A stretch of DNA of 64,000 nucleotides from assembly GCA_964291405.2 (NCBI GenBank), contig OZ219926.1:1664001-1728000 (forward strand). Reading direction: 5' to 3'. The stretch comes from Thermodesulfobacteriota bacterium (GTDB lineage Bacteria > Desulfobacterota > Binatia > Bin18). Both the position numbers and the translations under genes were made by a program. This document shows positions 35,492-43,829 of the stretch, piece by piece; the first letter of the stretch is position 1, and every line of letters begins with the position of its first letter. The notes below the pieces were generated by a model. The model saw nothing but the letters and a program-made list of their open reading frames with translations, made no database searches and was not told the origin of the DNA.

Positions 35492-36509
35492 AGCGTGTTA
35501 CACTGTCGTGTAGCGTCTAGAGGAAGGCGTGGTACGTGGTGAGAGGCAAGGGGGACGTATGCAAGCATATTCGCTAGATCTCCGGGAGCGCGTCGTAGCC
35601 GACCGGGTGGCGGGACTGCGCACGGCCGAGGTGGCCCGCAAGTATCGCGTGAGTCCGGCGTGGGTACGCCGGCTCCTGCAGCGCTACCGGGCGACGGGGA
35701 AGGTGGCCCCCAAGCGACGGACGCAGTATCGCCTGCCCCTCCTCCAGCCGTATCTCCCGCAACTTGCCGCGTTGATTCAGGCGCAGCCCGACGCGACCCT
35801 CGCCGAGTTACGCGCGGCCTTGGGCGTCTCGGTCAGTCTGCCCACGGTATGGCGAGCCATACGCCACTTAGGCCTGACGGTAAAAAAAAGTCCTACACGC
35901 GGCAGAACAAGATCGGCCTGATGTCGTGGTGGCACGCCAGCGCTGGCGCGCCCAAGCGGCCTCCCTCGATGGGCACGGCCTCGTCTTCCTGGATGAGACG
36001 GCCGTGCGGACGAATCTGACCCGGCGGTACGGTCGGAGTCGGCGCGGGACACGCCTCGTCGCCAAAGTCCCTCATGGACACTGGCAAACGACCACCCTCA
36101 TTGCCGCCCTGCGCGCGCAGCACCTCACCGCCCCGGCGGTCTTGGATGGGCCGGTTGATGGCCCCTGCTTTGTCGCTTATGTCGAACAGGTCCTCGCGCC
36201 CACCTTGCACCCCGGCGACTGCGTCGTCATGGACAATCTCGCCTGTCATAAAGTCACAGGCGTGCGCCAAGCGATTGAGGCTGTCGGGGCGCGCTTGCTC
36301 TATCTGCCCCCCTACAGCCCCGACTTCAATCCCATTGAGCAAGTCTTTGCCAAACTCAAAGCCCGCCTGCGGGCCGCTCCGCCCCGCACGGTTGCCCGCT
36401 TGTGGGCCGCTATTGGCCACACCCTCCAGACCTTCTCTCCCGCGGAATGTGCCAACTATATCCGCCACGCTGGCTATCGCCTCGCTACACCACCATGAAA
36501 ACTGCTCTA
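35489..36509 (+). mobile_element. IS630-family insertion sequence with duplicated TA target inside CTAG
   Basis: Imperfect terminal IRs TAGAGCGTGTTACACTGTCGTGTAGCG and reverse complement TAGAGCAGTTTTCATGGTGGTGTAGCG (20/27); TA at 35489-35490 and 36508-36509. Confidence 0.93.
35559..36498 (+). CDS. IS630 transposase, split into orfA (35559-35921) and orfB and joined at an A8 run (35882-35889)
   Basis: orf[15 protein letters not shown] and PDATLAEL; orf[42 protein letters not shown] (DDE intact). orfB is in the +1 frame. Confidence 0.9.
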
Positions 36510-38543
36510 GTGATCGCTACCGAAGATAAAACGGCGTGGGAGATCCACACGCGCGAGGCAAAGCACGCGCGGTTGAGAAGCCTTGCCGATTCCATCAACG
36601 ACACAGCGCGCATGGCGCGGAATTCACTGTCGCTGCTCTTGATAGTAGCGCTCTATCTGTTCTTGACCCTGATATCCTCCACTGACGAAAACCTACTCCG
36701 TGATAGTCATCAGATCACATTACCGCAGGCGGGTGTCGACCTTTCGATCGTGCAAAGTTATATCTTTGCGCCGCTGATCTTCCTCTATCTGCACGTTCAG
36801 TTGTTGTTCCAACTGACTGTGTTGGCACGGAAAATACAGACATTCGAGCGGACGCTAAAGGATGAATTTCCTGGCGAGGCGAGCCCAAACAAGCAAAGGG
36901 AAGAATGTCGGGACTGGCTCTCCGCTTTCGCTTTCGTTCAGATATTCCGGCTGCCCTCCAGTGAACCACACATGTCTAAAGTACTAGCGTGGCTCGGTAT
37001 CGAAGCGGCCCCGCTGATGCTGCTGTTCTTCCTTGACCTCTCATTCATTCGCTATCAGTCCGATCGGATTACATGGGAACACCATGCCGTCTTCGTCGTC
37101 GATTTGATGTTCCTTGCATGGTTCAACGGGCAGGTGTTTGGTGGCTGGTTTTGGGTTCGTTGGAAACACCTGAGCAAATCGTTCGTTCAGAGCTTCAGTT
37201 GGCGGTCATTGAGCAAAAGCGTGATGATAATACTGGCATCCATCGGAAGCTTGGTAAGAGGGGTGCTGGCGGTCAGCATGGTGCTACTGCTGGTCTTTGC
37301 AGCACATCCGCCGAGCTTCGATCCCAAAACTGTAGTAGAGGACCGATTGAGTATCTGGGGCAGCGAGAGATTGGGCTTTCACATCGGATTCTGGGAGGCG
37401 GTACTTTCTGATGGTAAGAACCCGCTTGACGCTGGTCCATGTAAATGGTGGGGCTTAGCCTGCCGCTATCTTGATGTCAGAAATAAGGGTCTAGGCAACA
37501 GCCCAATTCTGGATATGGTCATTCCAAAGCCAGGTAACTCCGGTGACAATAGAAGCTTTGCGAACATTACTTTGGCTGGTCGAAAATTGCTCTTCGCAAA
37601 TCTTCAGGGCACACACTTACAAGGCGCGGACTTTACAAATGCACACTTGCAAGGCGTGAACCTCCGGGTGGCATACATGCAAGGCGCAAACCTGAGGGAT
37701 GCACAGTTACAGGGTGCCGATCTCCGGGAAACACACTTACAAGGCGCAAACCTCACAAATGCAGGGTTACAGGGCGCAAACCTCACAAATGCACACTTGC
37801 AAGGCGCGTACCTCGTGATGGCACACTTGCAAGGCGCGCGCCTCGTGATGGCACACTTGCAAGGCGCGTACCTCTGGATGGCACAGTTACAGGGTGCCGA
37901 CTTGAGGGATTCACAGTTGCAGGGTACGAACCTCCGAGGTGTGCACTTGCAAGGCGCTGACTTGAGGAACGCACAGTTGCAATGTACGAACCTCCGAGAT
38001 GTACACCTGCAAGGCGCTGACTTAGGGGACGCGCAGTTGCAGGGTGCCGACCTTGGGGACGAAGAATTGCGGGGCGGTGCTGGCAATCCAGACCTGGGGT
38101 ATTTAGTGTGGGCACCGGGCGTCTCATACGACTTTCCTGCTGACAAATCGTCCTATCTGAAGACTCTGATCACCGACGAGACAGCGACCGTCAAGCTTGC
38201 GTGGGCGGCATGGTCCATGTCCGTGGGGGAACTCTTGCAGGAGTGTGTGAATGAAGATCAGGAATATAGAGTTTCTCTCCCGTCCAATCACGTCCAACCT
38301 GATTGGAATGCCTGGGCCAACTGGACAGCCGAATTTGCTTGCGAGGACGAATACACTGCCCGCAGTAGCCTAAATCGTTGGATGTCAGAAGAAGACCCTC
38401 TGTCCGGTTTGGAAGGTTCTGATAGGGCCGAAGCTCAGAAACTTGTCCGCAGAGCTTTAGTAGCCGCACGAGAGACAGGGGAAGAATGCCCCGGTCTTCA
38501 TTCCATCTCTGACGACGAGTGGAAGGAATTTGTTGGTAGTTGA
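36495..38543 (+). CDS. membrane-anchored pentapeptide-repeat protein
   Basis: About 5 N-terminal TM segments, then A(H/Q)LQG-A(D/N)Lxx repeats. Start is ATG 36495 (inside the IS end) or native GTG 36510. Confidence 0.88.
   Translation: MKTALVIATEDKTAWEIHTREAKHARLRSLADSINDTARMARNSLSLLLIVALYLFLTLISSTDENLLRDSHQITLPQAGVDLSIVQSYIFAPLIFLYLHVQLLFQLTVLARKIQTFERTLKDEFPGEASPNKQREECRDWLSAFAFVQIFRLPSSEPHMSKVLAWLGIEAAPLMLLFFLDLSFIRYQSDRITWEHHAVFVVDLMFLAWFNGQVFGGWFWVRWKHLSKSFVQSFSWRSLSKSVMIILASIGSLVRGVLAVSMVLLLVFAAHPPSFDPKTVVEDRLSIWGSERLGFHIGFWEAVLSDGKNPLDAGPCKWWGLACRYLDVRNKGLGNSPILDMVIPKPGNSGDNRSFANITLAGRKLLFANLQGTHLQGADFTNAHLQGVNLRVAYMQGANLRDAQLQGADLRETHLQGANLTNAGLQGANLTNAHLQGAYLVMAHLQGARLVMAHLQGAYLWMAQLQGADLRDSQLQGTNLRGVHLQGADLRNAQLQCTNLRDVHLQGADLGDAQLQGADLGDEELRGGAGNPDLGYLVWAPGVSYDFPADKSSYLKTLITDETATVKLAWAAWSMSVGELLQECVNEDQEYRVSLPSNHVQPDWNAWANWTAEFACEDEYTARSSLNRWMSEEDPLSGLEGSDRAEAQKLVRRALVAARETGEECPGLHSISDDEWKEFVGS
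37611..38060 (+). repeat. 15 x 30-bp tandem repeat encoding pentapeptide decamers
   Basis: Units such as GCACACTTGCAAGGCGCGTACCTCGTGATG recur every 30 bp. Confidence 0.9.
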
Positions 38544-38569
38544 CCTTGACCGTAGAGGCAGGCGGACGC

Positions 38570-38905
38570 TTACTCCCCATCCCCGGTCAGGATACGACCC
38601 TGAAAACGGCGGATGAGGTCGTGGGCGATTTGGCCGGAGTGATGCATGGCGGCCAGCCCTTCGACAATGACCTGTTCGATCTCTTCGGCGCGGACCGTGT
38701 CGTGAGACAGGGGCTTTTCTTCGGTCGGACCGATGACCAGTTGGGCGGGGATGCGCTCTTTTGACCGCCTGAATTTGTCGGCAATGGCGCGCAGTTGCGT
38801 CAGGGTGTCTACCTCGGCTTTAATGCTCACCCGACACGGTTTGTCCTCGTTTTCAATAGTCACCCTGACAATTTTCAAGCCCACGCGTTCCGCCATGTCA
38901 GCCAT
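38570..38905 (-). CDS. hypothetical protein (111 aa)
   Basis: ATG with GAGGG SD, 3 bp after the upstream small gene. Confidence 0.6.
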   Translation of the reverse strand: MADMAERVGLKIVRVTIENEDKPCRVSIKAEVDTLTQLRAIADKFRRSKERIPAQLVIGPTEEKPLSHDTVRAEEIEQVIVEGLAAMHHSGQIAHDLIRRFQGRILTGDGE

Positions 38906-38908
38906 CCC

Positions 38909-39079
38909 TCATGAAGTCTCGGCCTCGGTCGGTTTTTCATACACCCGAATCGGGATAATGCGCAGACAGGTGGGACAGGGAACATCCTTGATTACCGGGA
39001 AGGAGAGATAGGTCTCAGTAATCTGTTTGAGCTGGATTTGCAGTTCTTTTTCACAACAGGCTTGGAGTGCATCGGCCAT
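38909..39079 (-). CDS. small Cys-rich protein (CC...CPTC), possible Zn ribbon
   Basis: MADALQACCEKE...VPCPTCLRIIPIRVY; co-oriented with its neighbours. Confidence 0.6.
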   Translation of the reverse strand: MADALQACCEKELQIQLKQITETYLSFPVIKDVPCPTCLRIIPIRVYEKPTEAETS

Positions 39080-39138
39080 GCCTTGTGCACTAGCCAACCG
39101 GCCTGAGGAAGTCAAGGACGCGGCGTTTCGAGCGCTAT

Positions 39139-39498
39139 CTAGGGCTTCTTTTTGATAGTCGCCCCGGAGCGTTTGCGCATCACATCCGAGACCCGCTGGG
39201 TCTCACTCATATCGCCCATTGTCAGCGCCTGTTTGAACTGGGCGGACAGCATCCGCATGAGCGCGGCCTCCTGCGGGTCAAGCCCGTCAGCCAACTGCGA
39301 CAGGGTGTCCATTGCCGTTCCGATTTTTGAGGTAGCCTTGGGCACATCGCCGTCGGCGCGAGCGGCAACCGCCTCCTGGAGCAGCTTTTGGACCATGTGT
39401 AAGCCTGGCTTGGATTGCGGACCCAGCACGATTTCCAATTCCGGCAGCTGGGTCAACAGGGCGTTTAAGGACTCTGGATACGAATGCTCGTGTGCCAT
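39139..39498 (-). CDS. hypothetical helical protein (119 aa)
   Basis: Natural helical composition; divergent from pepP. Confidence 0.7.
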   Translation of the reverse strand: MAHEHSYPESLNALLTQLPELEIVLGPQSKPGLHMVQKLLQEAVAARADGDVPKATSKIGTAMDTLSQLADGLDPQEAALMRMLSAQFKQALTMGDMSETQRVSDVMRKRSGATIKKKP

Positions 39499-39564
39499 AT
39501 AGTACCAAGAGTCTTTAATTGTTGGGCGAAAGTCAAGTCAACACGAAGCGGACGACACGGTAGC

Positions 39565-40881
39565 ATGCCAATGAACGCAAATTTTTCGACCTATGCAGCC
39601 CGCCGGCAGGCGTTTCTGAAACAGATGGGCGATGGGGTTGCCCTCTTTCCGGCCGCTCCCACTTCCATTCGCTCCCAGGATGTTGAGTATCGCTATCGCC
39701 AGGACAACGACCTGTACTACCTGACCGGTTTTCCAGAACCGGAATCCCTGTGCCTGCTTTCGCCCAACCACGACAAGGAACAGTTTATTCTGTTTGTCCG
39801 TCCGCGCGACAAGGAAAAAGAGACCTGGACAGGAAAACGGTTTGGCGTTGAGGGCGCGCAGGAACACTTTGGCGTGGACGCAGCCTATACGATCGATCAA
39901 CTCGACAAGGTGCTGCCCGAACACCTGCTCACCGCGGAGAAGATCTACTACGGCCTCGGCCGTGACGAGCGCCTCAATGCAAAGATTCTGGACTTCGTGA
40001 ATCAGGGCCGGCTGCAACGCCCGCGCATCGGGCGCGGACCGGTCTCGCTTATTGATCCCAGCGATTTGCTACATGAAATGCGCTTGTTTAAAACCCCGGA
40101 AGAAATCGACCTGATGCGCTGTGCGGTCAAGGCGTCTGCCGCGGCCCACTACGCGGCCCTGCACGAGACGCGGCCGGGCATGTACGAATACGAAATTGAA
40201 GCCCTACTTGAATACCATTTTCGCCGCAACGGAGCGGATGGACCAGCCTACCCTTCGATTGTTGCCTCAGGTGCGAACGCCACGATCCTGCATTACATCT
40301 CCAACGATCAACAAATGCAGGACGACGATCTTTTGCTGATTGACGCCGGTTCGGAGTACGCCTGCTATTGCTCGGATGTGACGCGCACGTTTCCGATTGG
40401 TCGCGCGTTCTCGGCTCAGCAGAAAGAAATCTACAGCCTGGTTCTGACCGCGCAAAAACATGCGATTGCCATGATCCGGCCCGGCGTGGGCTTTGACGAC
40501 GTGCACCAACGCGCCACAGAGATATTGATTGACGGGCTACGTGATCTCGGCCTGCTCTCCGGCAGCACGGAGGACATTCTTGAGAAGGGCGACTATCGCC
40601 AGTTCTATATGCACCGCACGAGCCACTGGCTGGGCATGGATGTCCACGACGTGGGTAAATACAGAGTTGGTGAAGAATCCCGGACGCTCAACCCTGGGAT
40701 GGTCCTGACGGTTGAACCCGGCCTGTATATCGCCGCAGATGCCGATGTACAAGCCGCCTACCAGGGTATTGGGGTCCGCATCGAGGACGATGTTCTCGTG
40801 ACAGCCGACGGTCACGACGTGCTGACCAGTGCAATCCCGAAAGAACTCGACGATATCGAAGCCGCCCGACGGGAGGCATAA
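39565..40881 (+). CDS. pepP: Xaa-Pro aminopeptidase P
   Basis: YRQDNDLYYLTGF, AYPSIVASG, LIDAG, SDVTRTFP, HWLGMDVHD, TVEPGLY, GVRIEDD. Confidence 0.96.
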   Translation: MPMNANFSTYAARRQAFLKQMGDGVALFPAAPTSIRSQDVEYRYRQDNDLYYLTGFPEPESLCLLSPNHDKEQFILFVRPRDKEKETWTGKRFGVEGAQEHFGVDAAYTIDQLDKVLPEHLLTAEKIYYGLGRDERLNAKILDFVNQGRLQRPRIGRGPVSLIDPSDLLHEMRLFKTPEEIDLMRCAVKASAAAHYAALHETRPGMYEYEIEALLEYHFRRNGADGPAYPSIVASGANATILHYISNDQQMQDDDLLLIDAGSEYACYCSDVTRTFPIGRAFSAQQKEIYSLVLTAQKHAIAMIRPGVGFDDVHQRATEILIDGLRDLGLLSGSTEDILEKGDYRQFYMHRTSHWLGMDVHDVGKYRVGEESRTLNPGMVLTVEPGLYIAADADVQAAYQGIGVRIEDDVLVTADGHDVLTSAIPKELDDIEAARREA

Positions 40882-40914
40882 GAAAAGTCCCAAAATCCAG
40901 GGCTCCATCCGTCC

Positions 40915-41205
40915 TCAGCCGGTAGGGCGCTGGGCGTGGGCGTTCAGGTAGTCGAAGATGATACGGCGCTCGGTTTCGGATAAAGACGGACGACCGAGGC
41001 GCAGAAACTCCGTATCCATACGCGCCAGCATGAACTGCCACATCTCCGGTGTGAGCAGGCCGGGATGATACAAACGGTGACAGCCGGAGCAGCGCTGCCG
41101 GTAGAGTCGCGCGCCCGCTGAGTCGGGCTCGGGCAAGGTTGTTTCACACGCTGTTAGGCTGGCGCACAGCAGCCCCAGGATCACACTTCGCAACCCCCAC
41201 CCCAT
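40915..41205 (-). CDS. small monoheme c-type cytochrome lipoprotein
   Basis: Lipobox LTA-C; heme motif CSGCH; W..M..RM. Confidence 0.85.
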   Translation of the reverse strand: MGWGLRSVILGLLCASLTACETTLPEPDSAGARLYRQRCSGCHRLYHPGLLTPEMWQFMLARMDTEFLRLGRPSLSETERRIIFDYLNAHAQRPTG

Positions 41206-41212
41206 TCCGGAC

Positions 41213-41704
41213 TCACACTCGAAACGGCTCGCGACAGACCGCTACCTGGCCGGGGATGTCTTCAATCAGGACCTCGATCGTTTCGATGCTGTTCCCGCGG
41301 GCTGCCGCCAGACGGGTACGCAGTCGCGCAATCAGATACTGGGCAATCTCTTCCGATGAGGAGTGCACGATGGGCAGCAGGCGGACATCTTGTCGTGGAA
41401 AGCTAAACTGGGTGCCGTCTTCACACTCCACCCGAACGGTCTCAGTATCCGCAGTAATACGCAGGCAATCGCTGTGTTCGGGTAGCAGGGTGGTAAAATG
41501 CAGTTGCTGGCATTCTTCTTCGGCGATTTTTTTTAGCACCAGAAAATCCACGACATAGCCGTCCGGTCCAACCGGTCCACTCACCTTCACTTCAGCCTGA
41601 TAGGTGTGACCGTGCAACGGTTCTCGAAAGCCTTTGAAGGCAATGAAATGCGCCGCGGTAAAACATAACTGTTCCTTGCCGATTGATACCGAGAAGATAC
41701 TCAT
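41213..41704 (-). CDS. 6-pyruvoyl-tetrahydropterin synthase family, PTPS-III type (Glu instead of Cys)
   Basis: AAHFIAFKGFREPLHGHTY, DGYVVDF..LK, SSSEEIA. Confidence 0.9.
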   Translation of the reverse strand: MSIFSVSIGKEQLCFTAAHFIAFKGFREPLHGHTYQAEVKVSGPVGPDGYVVDFLVLKKIAEEECQQLHFTTLLPEHSDCLRITADTETVRVECEDGTQFSFPRQDVRLLPIVHSSSEEIAQYLIARLRTRLAAARGNSIETIEVLIEDIPGQVAVCREPFRV

Positions 41705-41716
41705 CCGTCCGTCCTC

Positions 41717-42589
41717 TTAGCTGTCGAAGCCCTCAAGAAAACCTCCCAGTCCACTCCGGCGCAGCGCCGCTTCAGAGCTGCCGAACACCTGCGTATACTG
41801 TTCCGGTCTCAAGCCTGTCGTCTGGAGAAAACACGCAACTTCTTCGGCCAGTACGAGCCGGATACGCTGGGACAGCATTTCTGCCAGATTACGATTATTC
41901 CCCACGCTCACCAGAAAATCCCGCACGTTGAGGCCATGCACTCCACCCAGCAGACACGAGAGAAAATAGGCCATCTGATCCTCATTCGGCTTGCGCCGCC
42001 AGGTCTCGGCCGTATTCAGAATGGTGTTGATGCCCGTCTGTTGGCGAATGGGGACCACATCCGGCGTGCCGGTTCCCTTCGGTCCGGGCGCGAGAAAAAT
42101 CAAGGCATAGCCTGCTTTAGCCAATCGAACCGGATGGGGGATGTAGTGGGGCGAGGTATAGCCCGTCATCAGAAAGAGCTGACGCCGATAGGCTGCCAGA
42201 TCATGCGCCTGCTCGGCCGCAAGCTGCCACAGCCACTCGGCCACCCCAAGGCCATGTTTTCGCGCCCACTCAACCAGGGTCAGCATAGCTTCCGGTCGAT
42301 ACCCCTCTCGTTTGACCAGGCGGCCACAGTCTTCCAGCGAGACGCTCAGCCCCAGAGCTTCGACCCTTCCGTCAGGCGCGGTTTGCGGCGAGACGACGGA
42401 GCCTTTCAATGCGGGCTGCTCAAGCTCCAGGTCGGTGGCAAAGCGGTCGCCGTATTTGGAGAGTTTGGCAAAGCCTCGACGACAATTATCCAAAGCCACA
42501 ATGTGGACCGTCCGCATCTGAAACGTGCCAGAAAACGACAGGCCCCGACCGCTCATCAACGAACCATGACCGATGACGGTGACTTCCAT
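41717..42589 (-). CDS. hypothetical protein with a gamma-glutamylcyclotransferase-like N-terminus
   Basis: VIGHGSLMS resembles the GGCT/ChaC (F/Y)GYGSL motif; L.KREGY resembles the LDxRE motif. Confidence 0.6.
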   Translation of the reverse strand: MEVTVIGHGSLMSGRGLSFSGTFQMRTVHIVALDNCRRGFAKLSKYGDRFATDLELEQPALKGSVVSPQTAPDGRVEALGLSVSLEDCGRLVKREGYRPEAMLTLVEWARKHGLGVAEWLWQLAAEQAHDLAAYRRQLFLMTGYTSPHYIPHPVRLAKAGYALIFLAPGPKGTGTPDVVPIRQQTGINTILNTAETWRRKPNEDQMAYFLSCLLGGVHGLNVRDFLVSVGNNRNLAEMLSQRIRLVLAEEVACFLQTTGLRPEQYTQVFGSSEAALRRSGLGGFLEGFDS

Positions 42590-42601
42590 GCCTCTCCTAG
42601 C

Positions 42602-43618
42602 CTAGCGGGTCCCGACGGGCCGGAAAAGTCGGGCTGCCGGAGATGTACCTTTCTCATCTTCTGCGGGGGGAGAAAACTCATGCACAATGATGTCTGAGGC
42701 TTCGACCTTGCGGACCGCCGTCCAGTCATGGTCGGGCAGGACAAGAAGTTCCGGAACGAGATCCTTGAATTTCTTGAGGCGCCAGATTTTTTCCCACCAC
42801 AGCTCGCGCTGAAAGGCCAGACCTGGCATCCAGGCATAGCGCGCCTGACTGTGTGTCCAGGCCAGATTGCCACACAGGAGAACGGGCTGGTCGGGCAGGC
42901 GGACAAGGACGGCAAGCCCGCCAGCGGTTGCGCCGGTAACGTCAATCAGCTCGATACTGCCATCCCCAAAGAGGTCATGGCTCCTGGCAAAAGTCCCAAG
43001 TGGCGTAGCAGCGGAAAAATCAACAAATTGCCATTTCTCAACTTGATCAAATTCATCCGCCATGTACAGGCCGAGAGGGTGGCTGCTCAGCGCGGCGACG
43101 TGTTCCTCGCGCGTCACCACAGCAGCCACTTGAGACAGACTCTCCAGCTCACCGGTATGATCGAGTCGCAGGTCGGGCAGAATCACGAACTTCACCCTTT
43201 CCGCTGAGAGCTGGGCAGTCTTGAACTGGGAGAGAATATCCTGGCCGGGCTGCATGTCCGCCTGGCCAAAGATCGAGCGGACTGGTCCTAAGTAACGCGG
43301 CGCATCTTCCGCCAGCCCTCGGTTCAACCCGGTGCCGACCAGGACCAGACCCTGCTTGGGATGCTCGATGCCAAACACCAGTATATTGAGGGTGTGCTGC
43401 TGCGGGAGGCTACCGTCTTGGTAGACGATCCGGCTGGAGACCGCTATCGAGCCTGTATCAAAGACGTGCAATTTGGTTCCACTCACGCCTCGGTACTGTT
43501 CCGGCCAGTTCTGTAGAATCGGCTCGATATAAGGCAGCCGGAGCGGCTCGTCGCAGGCCACACCCAATATCAATACACAAACGATGAGCAAACGAATAAC
43601 AGAGAGAGAAGACAGCAT
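42602..43618 (-). CDS. metallo-beta-lactamase-fold lipoprotein (AHL-lactonase-like) with degenerate metal ligands
   Basis: Lipobox GVA-C; IEHPKQGLVL, DLRLDH, DLFGDGSIEL, GATAGG, LCGN, LPDHD. Confidence 0.8.
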   Translation of the reverse strand: MLSSLSVIRLLIVCVLILGVACDEPLRLPYIEPILQNWPEQYRGVSGTKLHVFDTGSIAVSSRIVYQDGSLPQQHTLNILVFGIEHPKQGLVLVGTGLNRGLAEDAPRYLGPVRSIFGQADMQPGQDILSQFKTAQLSAERVKFVILPDLRLDHTGELESLSQVAAVVTREEHVAALSSHPLGLYMADEFDQVEKWQFVDFSAATPLGTFARSHDLFGDGSIELIDVTGATAGGLAVLVRLPDQPVLLCGNLAWTHSQARYAWMPGLAFQRELWWEKIWRLKKFKDLVPELLVLPDHDWTAVRKVEASDIIVHEFSPPAEDEKGTSPAARLFRPVGTR

Positions 43619-43829
43619 TGTCGTGAGGCCAAGGCTGGGGCAGCATCTCAAACCTGGGCTATCCACTAGCACTAGCAGTTCACACGCAGTCTTGCACCTC
43701 CGTAAAATCAGGAGAGGCCGCCGCTCTCAAACGGAAAGTTTCACCTTCTCTTGTGAGTTGACCTGGGAAAGGCTGTCAACTATGGTGTGAGCGCCTTTTT
43801 CAAGGAGCACGGGGACTAAGGATTCTCGC

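Noticed and set aside
36402-36494. Track start of the pentapeptide protein at 36402
   Set aside because: It lies within the IS630 transposase coding region.
37611-38060. CRISPR-like periodic repeats
   Set aside because: The units are contiguous, in frame and coding, with no spacers and no cas genes.
37604-38146. Cys-rich antisense ORF with APCKC/APCNC repeats that looks like a metallothionein or RiPP precursor
   Set aside because: It is the reverse-complement shadow of the LQGA pentapeptide repeats.
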